Source of the DNA: Chiloscyllium plagiosum | Taxonomy: Eukaryota | NCBI RefSeq assembly: GCF_004010195.1 | Contig: NW_025214598.1 | Location: 1 to 42,283 of the forward strand | Direction: 5' to 3' | DNA length: 42,283 nucleotides | Part shown: piece after piece, positions 22,401 to 34,400 of the stretch | How the letters are laid out: the number at the start of each line of letters is the position of its first letter | Numbering within the stretch: position 1 is the stretch's first letter | The notes under the pieces: model-generated | Seen by the model: only the letters and a program-made list of their open reading frames with translations | Told to the model about the DNA's origin: nothing | Database searches by the model: none | Made by a program: the position numbers and the translations under genes

Positions 22401-25400
22401 GAGAGGGCGCGAGAGAGAGAGGGCGCGAGAGAGAGAGGGCGCGAGAGAGAGAGGGCGCGAGAGAGAGAGGGCGCGAGAGAGAGAGGGCGCGAGAGAGAGA
22501 GGGCGCGAGAGAGAGAGGGCGCGAGAGAGAGAGGGCGCGAGAGAGAGAGGGCGCGAGAGAGAGAGGGCGCGAGAGAGAGAGGGCGCGAGAGAGAGAGGGC
22601 GCGAGAGAGAGAGGGCGCGAGAGAGAGAGGGCGCGAGAGAGAGAGGGCGCGAGAGAGAGAGGGCGCGAGAGAGAGAGGGCGCGAGAGAGAGAGGGCGCGA
22701 GAGAGAGAGGGCGCGAGAGAGAGAGGGCGCGAGAGAGAGAGGGCGCGAGAGAGAGAGGGCGCGAGAGAGAGAGGGCGCGAGAGAGAGAGGGCGCGAGAGA
22801 GAGAGGGCGCGAGAGAGAGAGGGCGCGAGAGAGAGAGGGCGCGAGAGAGAGAGGGCGCGAGAGAGAGAGGGCGCGAGAGAGAGAGGGCGCGAGAGAGAGA
22901 GGGCGCGAGAGAGAGAGGGCGCGAGAGAGAGAGGGCGCGAGAGAGAGAGGGCGCGAGAGAGAGAGGGCGCGAGAGAGAGAGGGCGCGAGAGAGAGAGGGC
23001 GCGAGAGAGAGAGGGCGCGAGAGAGAGAGGGCGCGAGAGAGAGAGGGCGCGAGAGAGAGAGGGCGCGAGAGAGAGAGGGCGCGAGAGAGAGAGGGCGCGA
23101 GAGAGAGAGGGCGCGAGAGAGAGAGGGCGCGAGAGAGAGAGGGCGCGAGAGAGAGAGGGCGCGAGAGAGAGAGGGCGCGAGAGAGAGAGGGCGCGAGAGA
23201 GAGAGGGCGCGAGAGAGAGAGGGCGCGAGAGAGAGAGGGCGCGAGAGAGAGAGGGCGCGAGAGAGAGAGGGCGCGAGAGAGAGAGGGCGCGAGAGAGAGA
23301 GGGCGCGAGAGAGAGAGGGCGCGAGAGAGAGAGGGCGCGAGAGAGAGAGGGCGCGAGAGAGAGAGGGCGCGAGAGAGAGAGGGCGCGAGAGAGAGAGGGC
23401 GCGAGAGAGAGAGGGCGCGAGAGAGAGAGGGCGCGAGAGAGAGAGGGCGCGAGAGAGAGAGGGCGCGAGAGAGAGAGGGCGCGAGAGAGAGAGGGCGCGA
23501 GAGAGAGAGGGCGCGAGAGAGAGAGGGCGCGAGAGAGAGAGGGCGCGAGAGAGAGAGGGCGCGAGAGAGAGAGGGCGCGAGAGAGAGAGGGCGCGAGAGA
23601 GAGAGGGCGCGAGAGAGAGAGGGCGCGAGAGAGAGAGGGCGCGAGAGAGAGAGGGCGCGAGAGAGAGAGGGCGCGAGAGAGAGAGGGCGCGAGAGAGAGA
23701 GGGCGCGAGAGAGAGAGGGCGCGAGAGAGAGAGGGCGCGAGAGAGAGAGGGCGCGAGAGAGAGAGGGCGCGAGAGAGAGAGGGCGCGAGAGAGAGAGGGC
23801 GCGAGAGAGAGAGGGCGCGAGAGAGAGAGGGCGCGAGAGAGAGAGGGCGCGAGAGAGAGAGGGCGCGAGAGAGAGAGGGCGCGAGAGAGAGAGGGCGCGA
23901 GAGAGAGAGGGCGCGAGAGAGAGAGGGCGCGAGAGAGAGAGGGCGCGAGAGAGAGAGGGCGCGAGAGAGAGAGGGCGCGAGAGAGAGAGGGCGCGAGAGA
24001 GAGAGGGCGCGAGAGAGAGAGGGCGCGAGAGAGAGAGGGCGCGAGAGAGAGAGGGCGCGAGAGAGAGAGGGCGCGAGAGAGAGAGGGCGCGAGAGAGAGA
24101 GGGCGCGAGAGAGAGAGGGCGCGAGAGAGAGAGGGCGCGAGAGAGAGAGGGCGCGAGAGAGAGAGGGCGCGAGAGAGAGAGGGCGCGAGAGAGAGAGGGC
24201 GCGAGAGAGAGAGGGCGCGAGAGAGAGAGGGCGCGAGAGAGAGAGGGCGCGAGAGAGAGAGGGCGCGAGAGAGAGAGGGCGCGAGAGAGAGAGGGCGCGA
24301 GAGAGAGAGGGCGCGAGAGAGAGAGGGCGCGAGAGAGAGAGGGCGCGAGAGAGAGAGGGCGCGAGAGAGAGAGGGCGCGAGAGAGAGAGGGCGCGAGAGA
24401 GAGAGGGCGCGAGAGAGAGAGGGCGCGAGAGAGAGAGGGCGCGAGAGAGAGAGGGCGCGAGAGAGAGAGGGCGCGAGAGAGAGAGGGCGCGAGAGAGAGA
24501 GGGCGCGAGAGAGAGAGGGCGCGAGAGAGAGAGGGCGCGAGAGAGAGAGGGCGCGAGAGAGAGAGGGCGCGAGAGAGAGAGGGCGCGAGAGAGAGAGGGC
24601 GCGAGAGAGAGAGGGCGCGAGAGAGAGAGGGCGCGAGAGAGAGAGGGCGCGAGAGAGAGAGGGCGCGAGAGAGAGAGGGCGCGAGAGAGAGAGGGCGCGA
24701 GAGAGAGAGGGCGCGAGAGAGAGAGGGCGCGAGAGAGAGAGGGCGCGAGAGAGAGAGGGCGCGAGAGAGAGAGGGCGCGAGAGAGAGAGGGCGCGAGAGA
24801 GAGAGGGCGCGAGAGAGAGAGGGCGCGAGAGAGAGAGGGCGCGAGAGAGAGAGGGCGCGAGAGAGAGAGGGCGCGAGAGAGAGAGGGCGCGAGAGAGAGA
24901 GGGCGCGAGAGAGAGAGGGCGCGAGAGAGAGAGGGCGCGAGAGAGAGAGGGCGCGAGAGAGAGAGGGCGCGAGAGAGAGAGGGCGCGAGAGAGAGAGGGC
25001 GCGAGAGAGAGAGGGCGCGAGAGAGAGAGGGCGCGAGAGAGAGAGGGCGCGAGAGAGAGAGGGCGCGAGAGAGAGAGGGCGCGAGAGAGAGAGGGCGCGA
25101 GAGAGAGAGGGCGCGAGAGAGAGAGGGCGCGAGAGAGAGAGGGCGCGAGAGAGAGAGGGCGCGAGAGAGAGAGGGCGCGAGAGAGAGAGGGCGCGAGAGA
25201 GAGAGGGCGCGAGAGAGAGAGGGCGCGAGAGAGAGAGGGCGCGAGAGAGAGAGGGCGCGAGAGAGAGAGGGCGCGAGAGAGAGAGGGCGCGAGAGAGAGA
25301 GGGCGCGAGAGAGAGAGGGCGCGAGAGAGAGAGGGCGCGAGAGAGAGAGGGCGCGAGAGAGAGAGGGCGCGAGAGAGAGAGGGCGCGAGAGAGAGAGGGC

Positions 25401-28400
25401 GCGAGAGAGAGAGGGCGCGAGAGAGAGAGGGCGCGAGAGAGAGAGGGCGCGAGAGAGAGAGGGCGCGAGAGAGAGAGGGCGCGAGAGAGAGAGGGCGCGA
25501 GAGAGAGAGGGCGCGAGAGAGAGAGGGCGCGAGAGAGAGAGGGCGCGAGAGAGAGAGGGCGCGAGAGAGAGAGGGCGCGAGAGAGAGAGGGCGCGAGAGA
25601 GAGAGGGCGCGAGAGAGAGAGGGCGCGAGAGAGAGAGGGCGCGAGAGAGAGAGGGCGCGAGAGAGAGAGGGCGCGAGAGAGAGAGGGCGCGAGAGAGAGA
25701 GGGCGCGAGAGAGAGAGGGCGCGAGAGAGAGAGGGCGCGAGAGAGAGAGGGCGCGAGAGAGAGAGGGCGCGAGAGAGAGAGGGCGCGAGAGAGAGAGGGC
25801 GCGAGAGAGAGAGGGCGCGAGAGAGAGAGGGCGCGAGAGAGAGAGGGCGCGAGAGAGAGAGGGCGCGAGAGAGAGAGGGCGCGAGAGAGAGAGGGCGCGA
25901 GAGAGAGAGGGCGCGAGAGAGAGAGGGCGCGAGAGAGAGAGGGCGCGAGAGAGAGAGGGCGCGAGAGAGAGAGGGCGCGAGAGAGAGAGGGCGCGAGAGA
26001 GAGAGGGCGCGAGAGAGAGAGGGCGCGAGAGAGAGAGGGCGCGAGAGAGAGAGGGCGCGAGAGAGAGAGGGCGCGAGAGAGAGAGGGCGCGAGAGAGAGA
26101 GGGCGCGAGAGAGAGAGGGCGCGAGAGAGAGAGGGCGCGAGAGAGAGAGGGCGCGAGAGAGAGAGGGCGCGAGAGAGAGAGGGCGCGAGAGAGAGAGGGC
26201 GCGAGAGAGAGAGGGCGCGAGAGAGAGAGGGCGCGAGAGAGAGAGGGCGCGAGAGAGAGAGGGCGCGAGAGAGAGAGGGCGCGAGAGAGAGAGGGCGCGA
26301 GAGAGAGAGGGCGCGAGAGAGAGAGGGCGCGAGAGAGAGAGGGCGCGAGAGAGAGAGGGCGCGAGAGAGAGAGGGCGCGAGAGAGAGAGGGCGCGAGAGA
26401 GAGAGGGCGCGAGAGAGAGAGGGCGCGAGAGAGAGAGGGCGCGAGAGAGAGAGGGCGCGAGAGAGAGAGGGCGCGAGAGAGAGAGGGCGCGAGAGAGAGA
26501 GGGCGCGAGAGAGAGAGGGCGCGAGAGAGAGAGGGCGCGAGAGAGAGAGGGCGCGAGAGAGAGAGGGCGCGAGAGAGAGAGGGCGCGAGAGAGAGAGGGC
26601 GCGAGAGAGAGAGGGCGCGAGAGAGAGAGGGCGCGAGAGAGAGAGGGCGCGAGAGAGAGAGGGCGCGAGAGAGAGAGGGCGCGAGAGAGAGAGGGCGCGA
26701 GAGAGAGAGGGCGCGAGAGAGAGAGGGCGCGAGAGAGAGAGGGCGCGAGAGAGAGAGGGCGCGAGAGAGAGAGGGCGCGAGAGAGAGAGGGCGCGAGAGA
26801 GAGAGGGCGCGAGAGAGAGAGGGCGCGAGAGAGAGAGGGCGCGAGAGAGAGAGGGCGCGAGAGAGAGAGGGCGCGAGAGAGAGAGGGCGCGAGAGAGAGA
26901 GGGCGCGAGAGAGAGAGGGCGCGAGAGAGAGAGGGCGCGAGAGAGAGAGGGCGCGAGAGAGAGAGGGCGCGAGAGAGAGAGGGCGCGAGAGAGAGAGGGC
27001 GCGAGAGAGAGAGGGCGCGAGAGAGAGAGGGCGCGAGAGAGAGAGGGCGCGAGAGAGAGAGGGCGCGAGAGAGAGAGGGCGCGAGAGAGAGAGGGCGCGA
27101 GAGAGAGAGGGCGCGAGAGAGAGAGGGCGCGAGAGAGAGAGGGCGCGAGAGAGAGAGGGCGCGAGAGAGAGAGGGCGCGAGAGAGAGAGGGCGCGAGAGA
27201 GAGAGGGCGCGAGAGAGAGAGGGCGCGAGAGAGAGAGGGCGCGAGAGAGAGAGGGCGCGAGAGAGAGAGGGCGCGAGAGAGAGAGGGCGCGAGAGAGAGA
27301 GGGCGCGAGAGAGAGAGGGCGCGAGAGAGAGAGGGCGCGAGAGAGAGAGGGCGCGAGAGAGAGAGGGCGCGAGAGAGAGAGGGCGCGAGAGAGAGAGGGC
27401 GCGAGAGAGAGAGGGCGCGAGAGAGAGAGGGCGCGAGAGAGAGAGGGCGCGAGAGAGAGAGGGCGCGAGAGAGAGAGGGCGCGAGAGAGAGAGGGCGCGA
27501 GAGAGAGAGGGCGCGAGAGAGAGAGGGCGCGAGAGAGAGAGGGCGCGAGAGAGAGAGGGCGCGAGAGAGAGAGGGCGCGAGAGAGAGAGGGCGCGAGAGA
27601 GAGAGGGCGCGAGAGAGAGAGGGCGCGAGAGAGAGAGGGCGCGAGAGAGAGAGGGCGCGAGAGAGAGAGGGCGCGAGAGAGAGAGGGCGCGAGAGAGAGA
27701 GGGCGCGAGAGAGAGAGGGCGCGAGAGAGAGAGGGCGCGAGAGAGAGAGGGCGCGAGAGAGAGAGGGCGCGAGAGAGAGAGGGCGCGAGAGAGAGAGGGC
27801 GCGAGAGAGAGAGGGCGCGAGAGAGAGAGGGCGCGAGAGAGAGAGGGCGCGAGAGAGAGAGGGCGCGAGAGAGAGAGGGCGCGAGAGAGAGAGGGCGCGA
27901 GAGAGAGAGGGCGCGAGAGAGAGAGGGCGCGAGAGAGAGAGGGCGCGAGAGAGAGAGGGCGCGAGAGAGAGAGGGCGCGAGAGAGAGAGGGCGCGAGAGA
28001 GAGAGGGCGCGAGAGAGAGAGGGCGCGAGAGAGAGAGGGCGCGAGAGAGAGAGGGCGCGAGAGAGAGAGGGCGCGAGAGAGAGAGGGCGCGAGAGAGAGA
28101 GGGCGCGAGAGAGAGAGGGCGCGAGAGAGAGAGGGCGCGAGAGAGAGAGGGCGCGAGAGAGAGAGGGCGCGAGAGAGAGAGGGCGCGAGAGAGAGAGGGC
28201 GCGAGAGAGAGAGGGCGCGAGAGAGAGAGGGCGCGAGAGAGAGAGGGCGCGAGAGAGAGAGGGCGCGAGAGAGAGAGGGCGCGAGAGAGAGAGGGCGCGA
28301 GAGAGAGAGGGCGCGAGAGAGAGAGGGCGCGAGAGAGAGAGGGCGCGAGAGAGAGAGGGCGCGAGAGAGAGAGGGCGCGAGAGAGAGAGGGCGCGAGAGA

Positions 28401-31400
28401 GAGAGGGCGCGAGAGAGAGAGGGCGCGAGAGAGAGAGGGCGCGAGAGAGAGAGGGCGCGAGAGAGAGAGGGCGCGAGAGAGAGAGGGCGCGAGAGAGAGA
28501 GGGCGCGAGAGAGAGAGGGCGCGAGAGAGAGAGGGCGCGAGAGAGAGAGGGCGCGAGAGAGAGAGGGCGCGAGAGAGAGAGGGCGCGAGAGAGAGAGGGC
28601 GCGAGAGAGAGAGGGCGCGAGAGAGAGAGGGCGCGAGAGAGAGAGGGCGCGAGAGAGAGAGGGCGCGAGAGAGAGAGGGCGCGAGAGAGAGAGGGCGCGA
28701 GAGAGAGAGGGCGCGAGAGAGAGAGGGCGCGAGAGAGAGAGGGCGCGAGAGAGAGAGGGCGCGAGAGAGAGAGGGCGCGAGAGAGAGAGGGCGCGAGAGA
28801 GAGAGGGCGCGAGAGAGAGAGGGCGCGAGAGAGAGAGGGCGCGAGAGAGAGAGGGCGCGAGAGAGAGAGGGCGCGAGAGAGAGAGGGCGCGAGAGAGAGA
28901 GGGCGCGAGAGAGAGAGGGCGCGAGAGAGAGAGGGCGCGAGAGAGAGAGGGCGCGAGAGAGAGAGGGCGCGAGAGAGAGAGGGCGCGAGAGAGAGAGGGC
29001 GCGAGAGAGAGAGGGCGCGAGAGAGAGAGGGCGCGAGAGAGAGAGGGCGCGAGAGAGAGAGGGCGCGAGAGAGAGAGGGCGCGAGAGAGAGAGGGCGCGA
29101 GAGAGAGAGGGCGCGAGAGAGAGAGGGCGCGAGAGAGAGAGGGCGCGAGAGAGAGAGGGCGCGAGAGAGAGAGGGCGCGAGAGAGAGAGGGCGCGAGAGA
29201 GAGAGGGCGCGAGAGAGAGAGGGCGCGAGAGAGAGAGGGCGCGAGAGAGAGAGGGCGCGAGAGAGAGAGGGCGCGAGAGAGAGAGGGCGCGAGAGAGAGA
29301 GGGCGCGAGAGAGAGAGGGCGCGAGAGAGAGAGGGCGCGAGAGAGAGAGGGCGCGAGAGAGAGAGGGCGCGAGAGAGAGAGGGCGCGAGAGAGAGAGGGC
29401 GCGAGAGAGAGAGGGCGCGAGAGAGAGAGGGCGCGAGAGAGAGAGGGCGCGAGAGAGAGAGGGCGCGAGAGAGAGAGGGCGCGAGAGAGAGAGGGCGCGA
29501 GAGAGAGAGGGCGCGAGAGAGAGAGGGCGCGAGAGAGAGAGGGCGCGAGAGAGAGAGGGCGCGAGAGAGAGAGGGCGCGAGAGAGAGAGGGCGCGAGAGA
29601 GAGAGGGCGCGAGAGAGAGAGGGCGCGAGAGAGAGAGGGCGCGAGAGAGAGAGGGCGCGAGAGAGAGAGGGCGCGAGAGAGAGAGGGCGCGAGAGAGAGA
29701 GGGCGCGAGAGAGAGAGGGCGCGAGAGAGAGAGGGCGCGAGAGAGAGAGGGCGCGAGAGAGAGAGGGCGCGAGAGAGAGAGGGCGCGAGAGAGAGAGGGC
29801 GCGAGAGAGAGAGGGCGCGAGAGAGAGAGGGCGCGAGAGAGAGAGGGCGCGAGAGAGAGAGGGCGCGAGAGAGAGAGGGCGCGAGAGAGAGAGGGCGCGA
29901 GAGAGAGAGGGCGCGAGAGAGAGAGGGCGCGAGAGAGAGAGGGCGCGAGAGAGAGAGGGCGCGAGAGAGAGAGGGCGCGAGAGAGAGAGGGCGCGAGAGA
30001 GAGAGGGCGCGAGAGAGAGAGGGCGCGAGAGAGAGAGGGCGCGAGAGAGAGAGGGCGCGAGAGAGAGAGGGCGCGAGAGAGAGAGGGCGCGAGAGAGAGA
30101 GGGCGCGAGAGAGAGAGGGCGCGAGAGAGAGAGGGCGCGAGAGAGAGAGGGCGCGAGAGAGAGAGGGCGCGAGAGAGAGAGGGCGCGAGAGAGAGAGGGC
30201 GCGAGAGAGAGAGGGCGCGAGAGAGAGAGGGCGCGAGAGAGAGAGGGCGCGAGAGAGAGAGGGCGCGAGAGAGAGAGGGCGCGAGAGAGAGAGGGCGCGA
30301 GAGAGAGAGGGCGCGAGAGAGAGAGGGCGCGAGAGAGAGAGGGCGCGAGAGAGAGAGGGCGCGAGAGAGAGAGGGCGCGAGAGAGAGAGGGCGCGAGAGA
30401 GAGAGGGCGCGAGAGAGAGAGGGCGCGAGAGAGAGAGGGCGCGAGAGAGAGAGGGCGCGAGAGAGAGAGGGCGCGAGAGAGAGAGGGCGCGAGAGAGAGA
30501 GGGCGCGAGAGAGAGAGGGCGCGAGAGAGAGAGGGCGCGAGAGAGAGAGGGCGCGAGAGAGAGAGGGCGCGAGAGAGAGAGGGCGCGAGAGAGAGAGGGC
30601 GCGAGAGAGAGAGGGCGCGAGAGAGAGAGGGCGCGAGAGAGAGAGGGCGCGAGAGAGAGAGGGCGCGAGAGAGAGAGGGCGCGAGAGAGAGAGGGCGCGA
30701 GAGAGAGAGGGCGCGAGAGAGAGAGGGCGCGAGAGAGAGAGGGCGCGAGAGAGAGAGGGCGCGAGAGAGAGAGGGCGCGAGAGAGAGAGGGCGCGAGAGA
30801 GAGAGGGCGCGAGAGAGAGAGGGCGCGAGAGAGAGAGGGCGCGAGAGAGAGAGGGCGCGAGAGAGAGAGGGCGCGAGAGAGAGAGGGCGCGAGAGAGAGA
30901 GGGCGCGAGAGAGAGAGGGCGCGAGAGAGAGAGGGCGCGAGAGAGAGAGGGCGCGAGAGAGAGAGGGCGCGAGAGAGAGAGGGCGCGAGAGAGAGAGGGC
31001 GCGAGAGAGAGAGGGCGCGAGAGAGAGAGGGCGCGAGAGAGAGAGGGCGCGAGAGAGAGAGGGCGCGAGAGAGAGAGGGCGCGAGAGAGAGAGGGCGCGA
31101 GAGAGAGAGGGCGCGAGAGAGAGAGGGCGCGAGAGAGAGAGGGCGCGAGAGAGAGAGGGCGCGAGAGAGAGAGGGCGCGAGAGAGAGAGGGCGCGAGAGA
31201 GAGAGGGCGCGAGAGAGAGAGGGCGCGAGAGAGAGAGGGCGCGAGAGAGAGAGGGCGCGAGAGAGAGAGGGCGCGAGAGAGAGAGGGCGCGAGAGAGAGA
31301 GGGCGCGAGAGAGAGAGGGCGCGAGAGAGAGAGGGCGCGAGAGAGAGAGGGCGCGAGAGAGAGAGGGCGCGAGAGAGAGAGGGCGCGAGAGAGAGAGGGC

Positions 31401-34400
31401 GCGAGAGAGAGAGGGCGCGAGAGAGAGAGGGCGCGAGAGAGAGAGGGCGCGAGAGAGAGAGGGCGCGAGAGAGAGAGGGCGCGAGAGAGAGAGGGCGCGA
31501 GAGAGAGAGGGCGCGAGAGAGAGAGGGCGCGAGAGAGAGAGGGCGCGAGAGAGAGAGGGCGCGAGAGAGAGAGGGCGCGAGAGAGAGAGGGCGCGAGAGA
31601 GAGAGGGCGCGAGAGAGAGAGGGCGCGAGAGAGAGAGGGCGCGAGAGAGAGAGGGCGCGAGAGAGAGAGGGCGCGAGAGAGAGAGGGCGCGAGAGAGAGA
31701 GGGCGCGAGAGAGAGAGGGCGCGAGAGAGAGAGGGCGCGAGAGAGAGAGGGCGCGAGAGAGAGAGGGCGCGAGAGAGAGAGGGCGCGAGAGAGAGAGGGC
31801 GCGAGAGAGAGAGGGCGCGAGAGAGAGAGGGCGCGAGAGAGAGAGGGCGCGAGAGAGAGAGGGCGCGAGAGAGAGAGGGCGCGAGAGAGAGAGGGCGCGA
31901 GAGAGAGAGGGCGCGAGAGAGAGAGGGCGCGAGAGAGAGAGGGCGCGAGAGAGAGAGGGCGCGAGAGAGAGAGGGCGCGAGAGAGAGAGGGCGCGAGAGA
32001 GAGAGGGCGCGAGAGAGAGAGGGCGCGAGAGAGAGAGGGCGCGAGAGAGAGAGGGCGCGAGAGAGAGAGGGCGCGAGAGAGAGAGGGCGCGAGAGAGAGA
32101 GGGCGCGAGAGAGAGAGGGCGCGAGAGAGAGAGGGCGCGAGAGAGAGAGGGCGCGAGAGAGAGAGGGCGCGAGAGAGAGAGGGCGCGAGAGAGAGAGGGC
32201 GCGAGAGAGAGAGGGCGCGAGAGAGAGAGGGCGCGAGAGAGAGAGGGCGCGAGAGAGAGAGGGCGCGAGAGAGAGAGGGCGCGAGAGAGAGAGGGCGCGA
32301 GAGAGAGAGGGCGCGAGAGAGAGAGGGCGCGAGAGAGAGAGGGCGCGAGAGAGAGAGGGCGCGAGAGAGAGAGGGCGCGAGAGAGAGAGGGCGCGAGAGA
32401 GAGAGGGCGCGAGAGAGAGAGGGCGCGAGAGAGAGAGGGCGCGAGAGAGAGAGGGCGCGAGAGAGAGAGGGCGCGAGAGAGAGAGGGCGCGAGAGAGAGA
32501 GGGCGCGAGAGAGAGAGGGCGCGAGAGAGAGAGGGCGCGAGAGAGAGAGGGCGCGAGAGAGAGAGGGCGCGAGAGAGAGAGGGCGCGAGAGAGAGAGGGC
32601 GCGAGAGAGAGAGGGCGCGAGAGAGAGAGGGCGCGAGAGAGAGAGGGCGCGAGAGAGAGAGGGCGCGAGAGAGAGAGGGCGCGAGAGAGAGAGGGCGCGA
32701 GAGAGAGAGGGCGCGAGAGAGAGAGGGCGCGAGAGAGAGAGGGCGCGAGAGAGAGAGGGCGCGAGAGAGAGAGGGCGCGAGAGAGAGAGGGCGCGAGAGA
32801 GAGAGGGCGCGAGAGAGAGAGGGCGCGAGAGAGAGAGGGCGCGAGAGAGAGAGGGCGCGAGAGAGAGAGGGCGCGAGAGAGAGAGGGCGCGAGAGAGAGA
32901 GGGCGCGAGAGAGAGAGGGCGCGAGAGAGAGAGGGCGCGAGAGAGAGAGGGCGCGAGAGAGAGAGGGCGCGAGAGAGAGAGGGCGCGAGAGAGAGAGGGC
33001 GCGAGAGAGAGAGGGCGCGAGAGAGAGAGGGCGCGAGAGAGAGAGGGCGCGAGAGAGAGAGGGCGCGAGAGAGAGAGGGCGCGAGAGAGAGAGGGCGCGA
33101 GAGAGAGAGGGCGCGAGAGAGAGAGGGCGCGAGAGAGAGAGGGCGCGAGAGAGAGAGGGCGCGAGAGAGAGAGGGCGCGAGAGAGAGAGGGCGCGAGAGA
33201 GAGAGGGCGCGAGAGAGAGAGGGCGCGAGAGAGAGAGGGCGCGAGAGAGAGAGGGCGCGAGAGAGAGAGGGCGCGAGAGAGAGAGGGCGCGAGAGAGAGA
33301 GGGCGCGAGAGAGAGAGGGCGCGAGAGAGAGAGGGCGCGAGAGAGAGAGGGCGCGAGAGAGAGAGGGCGCGAGAGAGAGAGGGCGCGAGAGAGAGAGGGC
33401 GCGAGAGAGAGAGGGCGCGAGAGAGAGAGGGCGCGAGAGAGAGAGGGCGCGAGAGAGAGAGGGCGCGAGAGAGAGAGGGCGCGAGAGAGAGAGGGCGCGA
33501 GAGAGAGAGGGCGCGAGAGAGAGAGGGCGCGAGAGAGAGAGGGCGCGAGAGAGAGAGGGCGCGAGAGAGAGAGGGCGCGAGAGAGAGAGGGCGCGAGAGA
33601 GAGAGGGCGCGAGAGAGAGAGGGCGCGAGAGAGAGAGGGCGCGAGAGAGAGAGGGCGCGAGAGAGAGAGGGCGCGAGAGAGAGAGGGCGCGAGAGAGAGA
33701 GGGCGCGAGAGAGAGAGGGCGCGAGAGAGAGAGGGCGCGAGAGAGAGAGGGCGCGAGAGAGAGAGGGCGCGAGAGAGAGAGGGCGCGAGAGAGAGAGGGC
33801 GCGAGAGAGAGAGGGCGCGAGAGAGAGAGGGCGCGAGAGAGAGAGGGCGCGAGAGAGAGAGGGCGCGAGAGAGAGAGGGCGCGAGAGAGAGAGGGCGCGA
33901 GAGAGAGAGGGCGCGAGAGAGAGAGGGCGCGAGAGAGAGAGGGCGCGAGAGAGAGAGGGCGCGAGAGAGAGAGGGCGCGAGAGAGAGAGGGCGCGAGAGA
34001 GAGAGGGCGCGAGAGAGAGAGGGCGCGAGAGAGAGAGGGCGCGAGAGAGAGAGGGCGCGAGAGAGAGAGGGCGCGAGAGAGAGAGGGCGCGAGAGAGAGA
34101 GGGCGCGAGAGAGAGAGGGCGCGAGAGAGAGAGGGCGCGAGAGAGAGAGGGCGCGAGAGAGAGAGGGCGCGAGAGAGAGAGGGCGCGAGAGAGAGAGGGC
34201 GCGAGAGAGAGAGGGCGCGAGAGAGAGAGGGCGCGAGAGAGAGAGGGCGCGAGAGAGAGAGGGCGCGAGAGAGAGAGGGCGCGAGAGAGAGAGGGCGCGA
34301 GAGAGAGAGGGCGCGAGAGAGAGAGGGCGCGAGAGAGAGAGGGCGCGAGAGAGAGAGGGCGCGAGAGAGAGAGGGCGCGAGAGAGAGAGGGCGCGAGAGA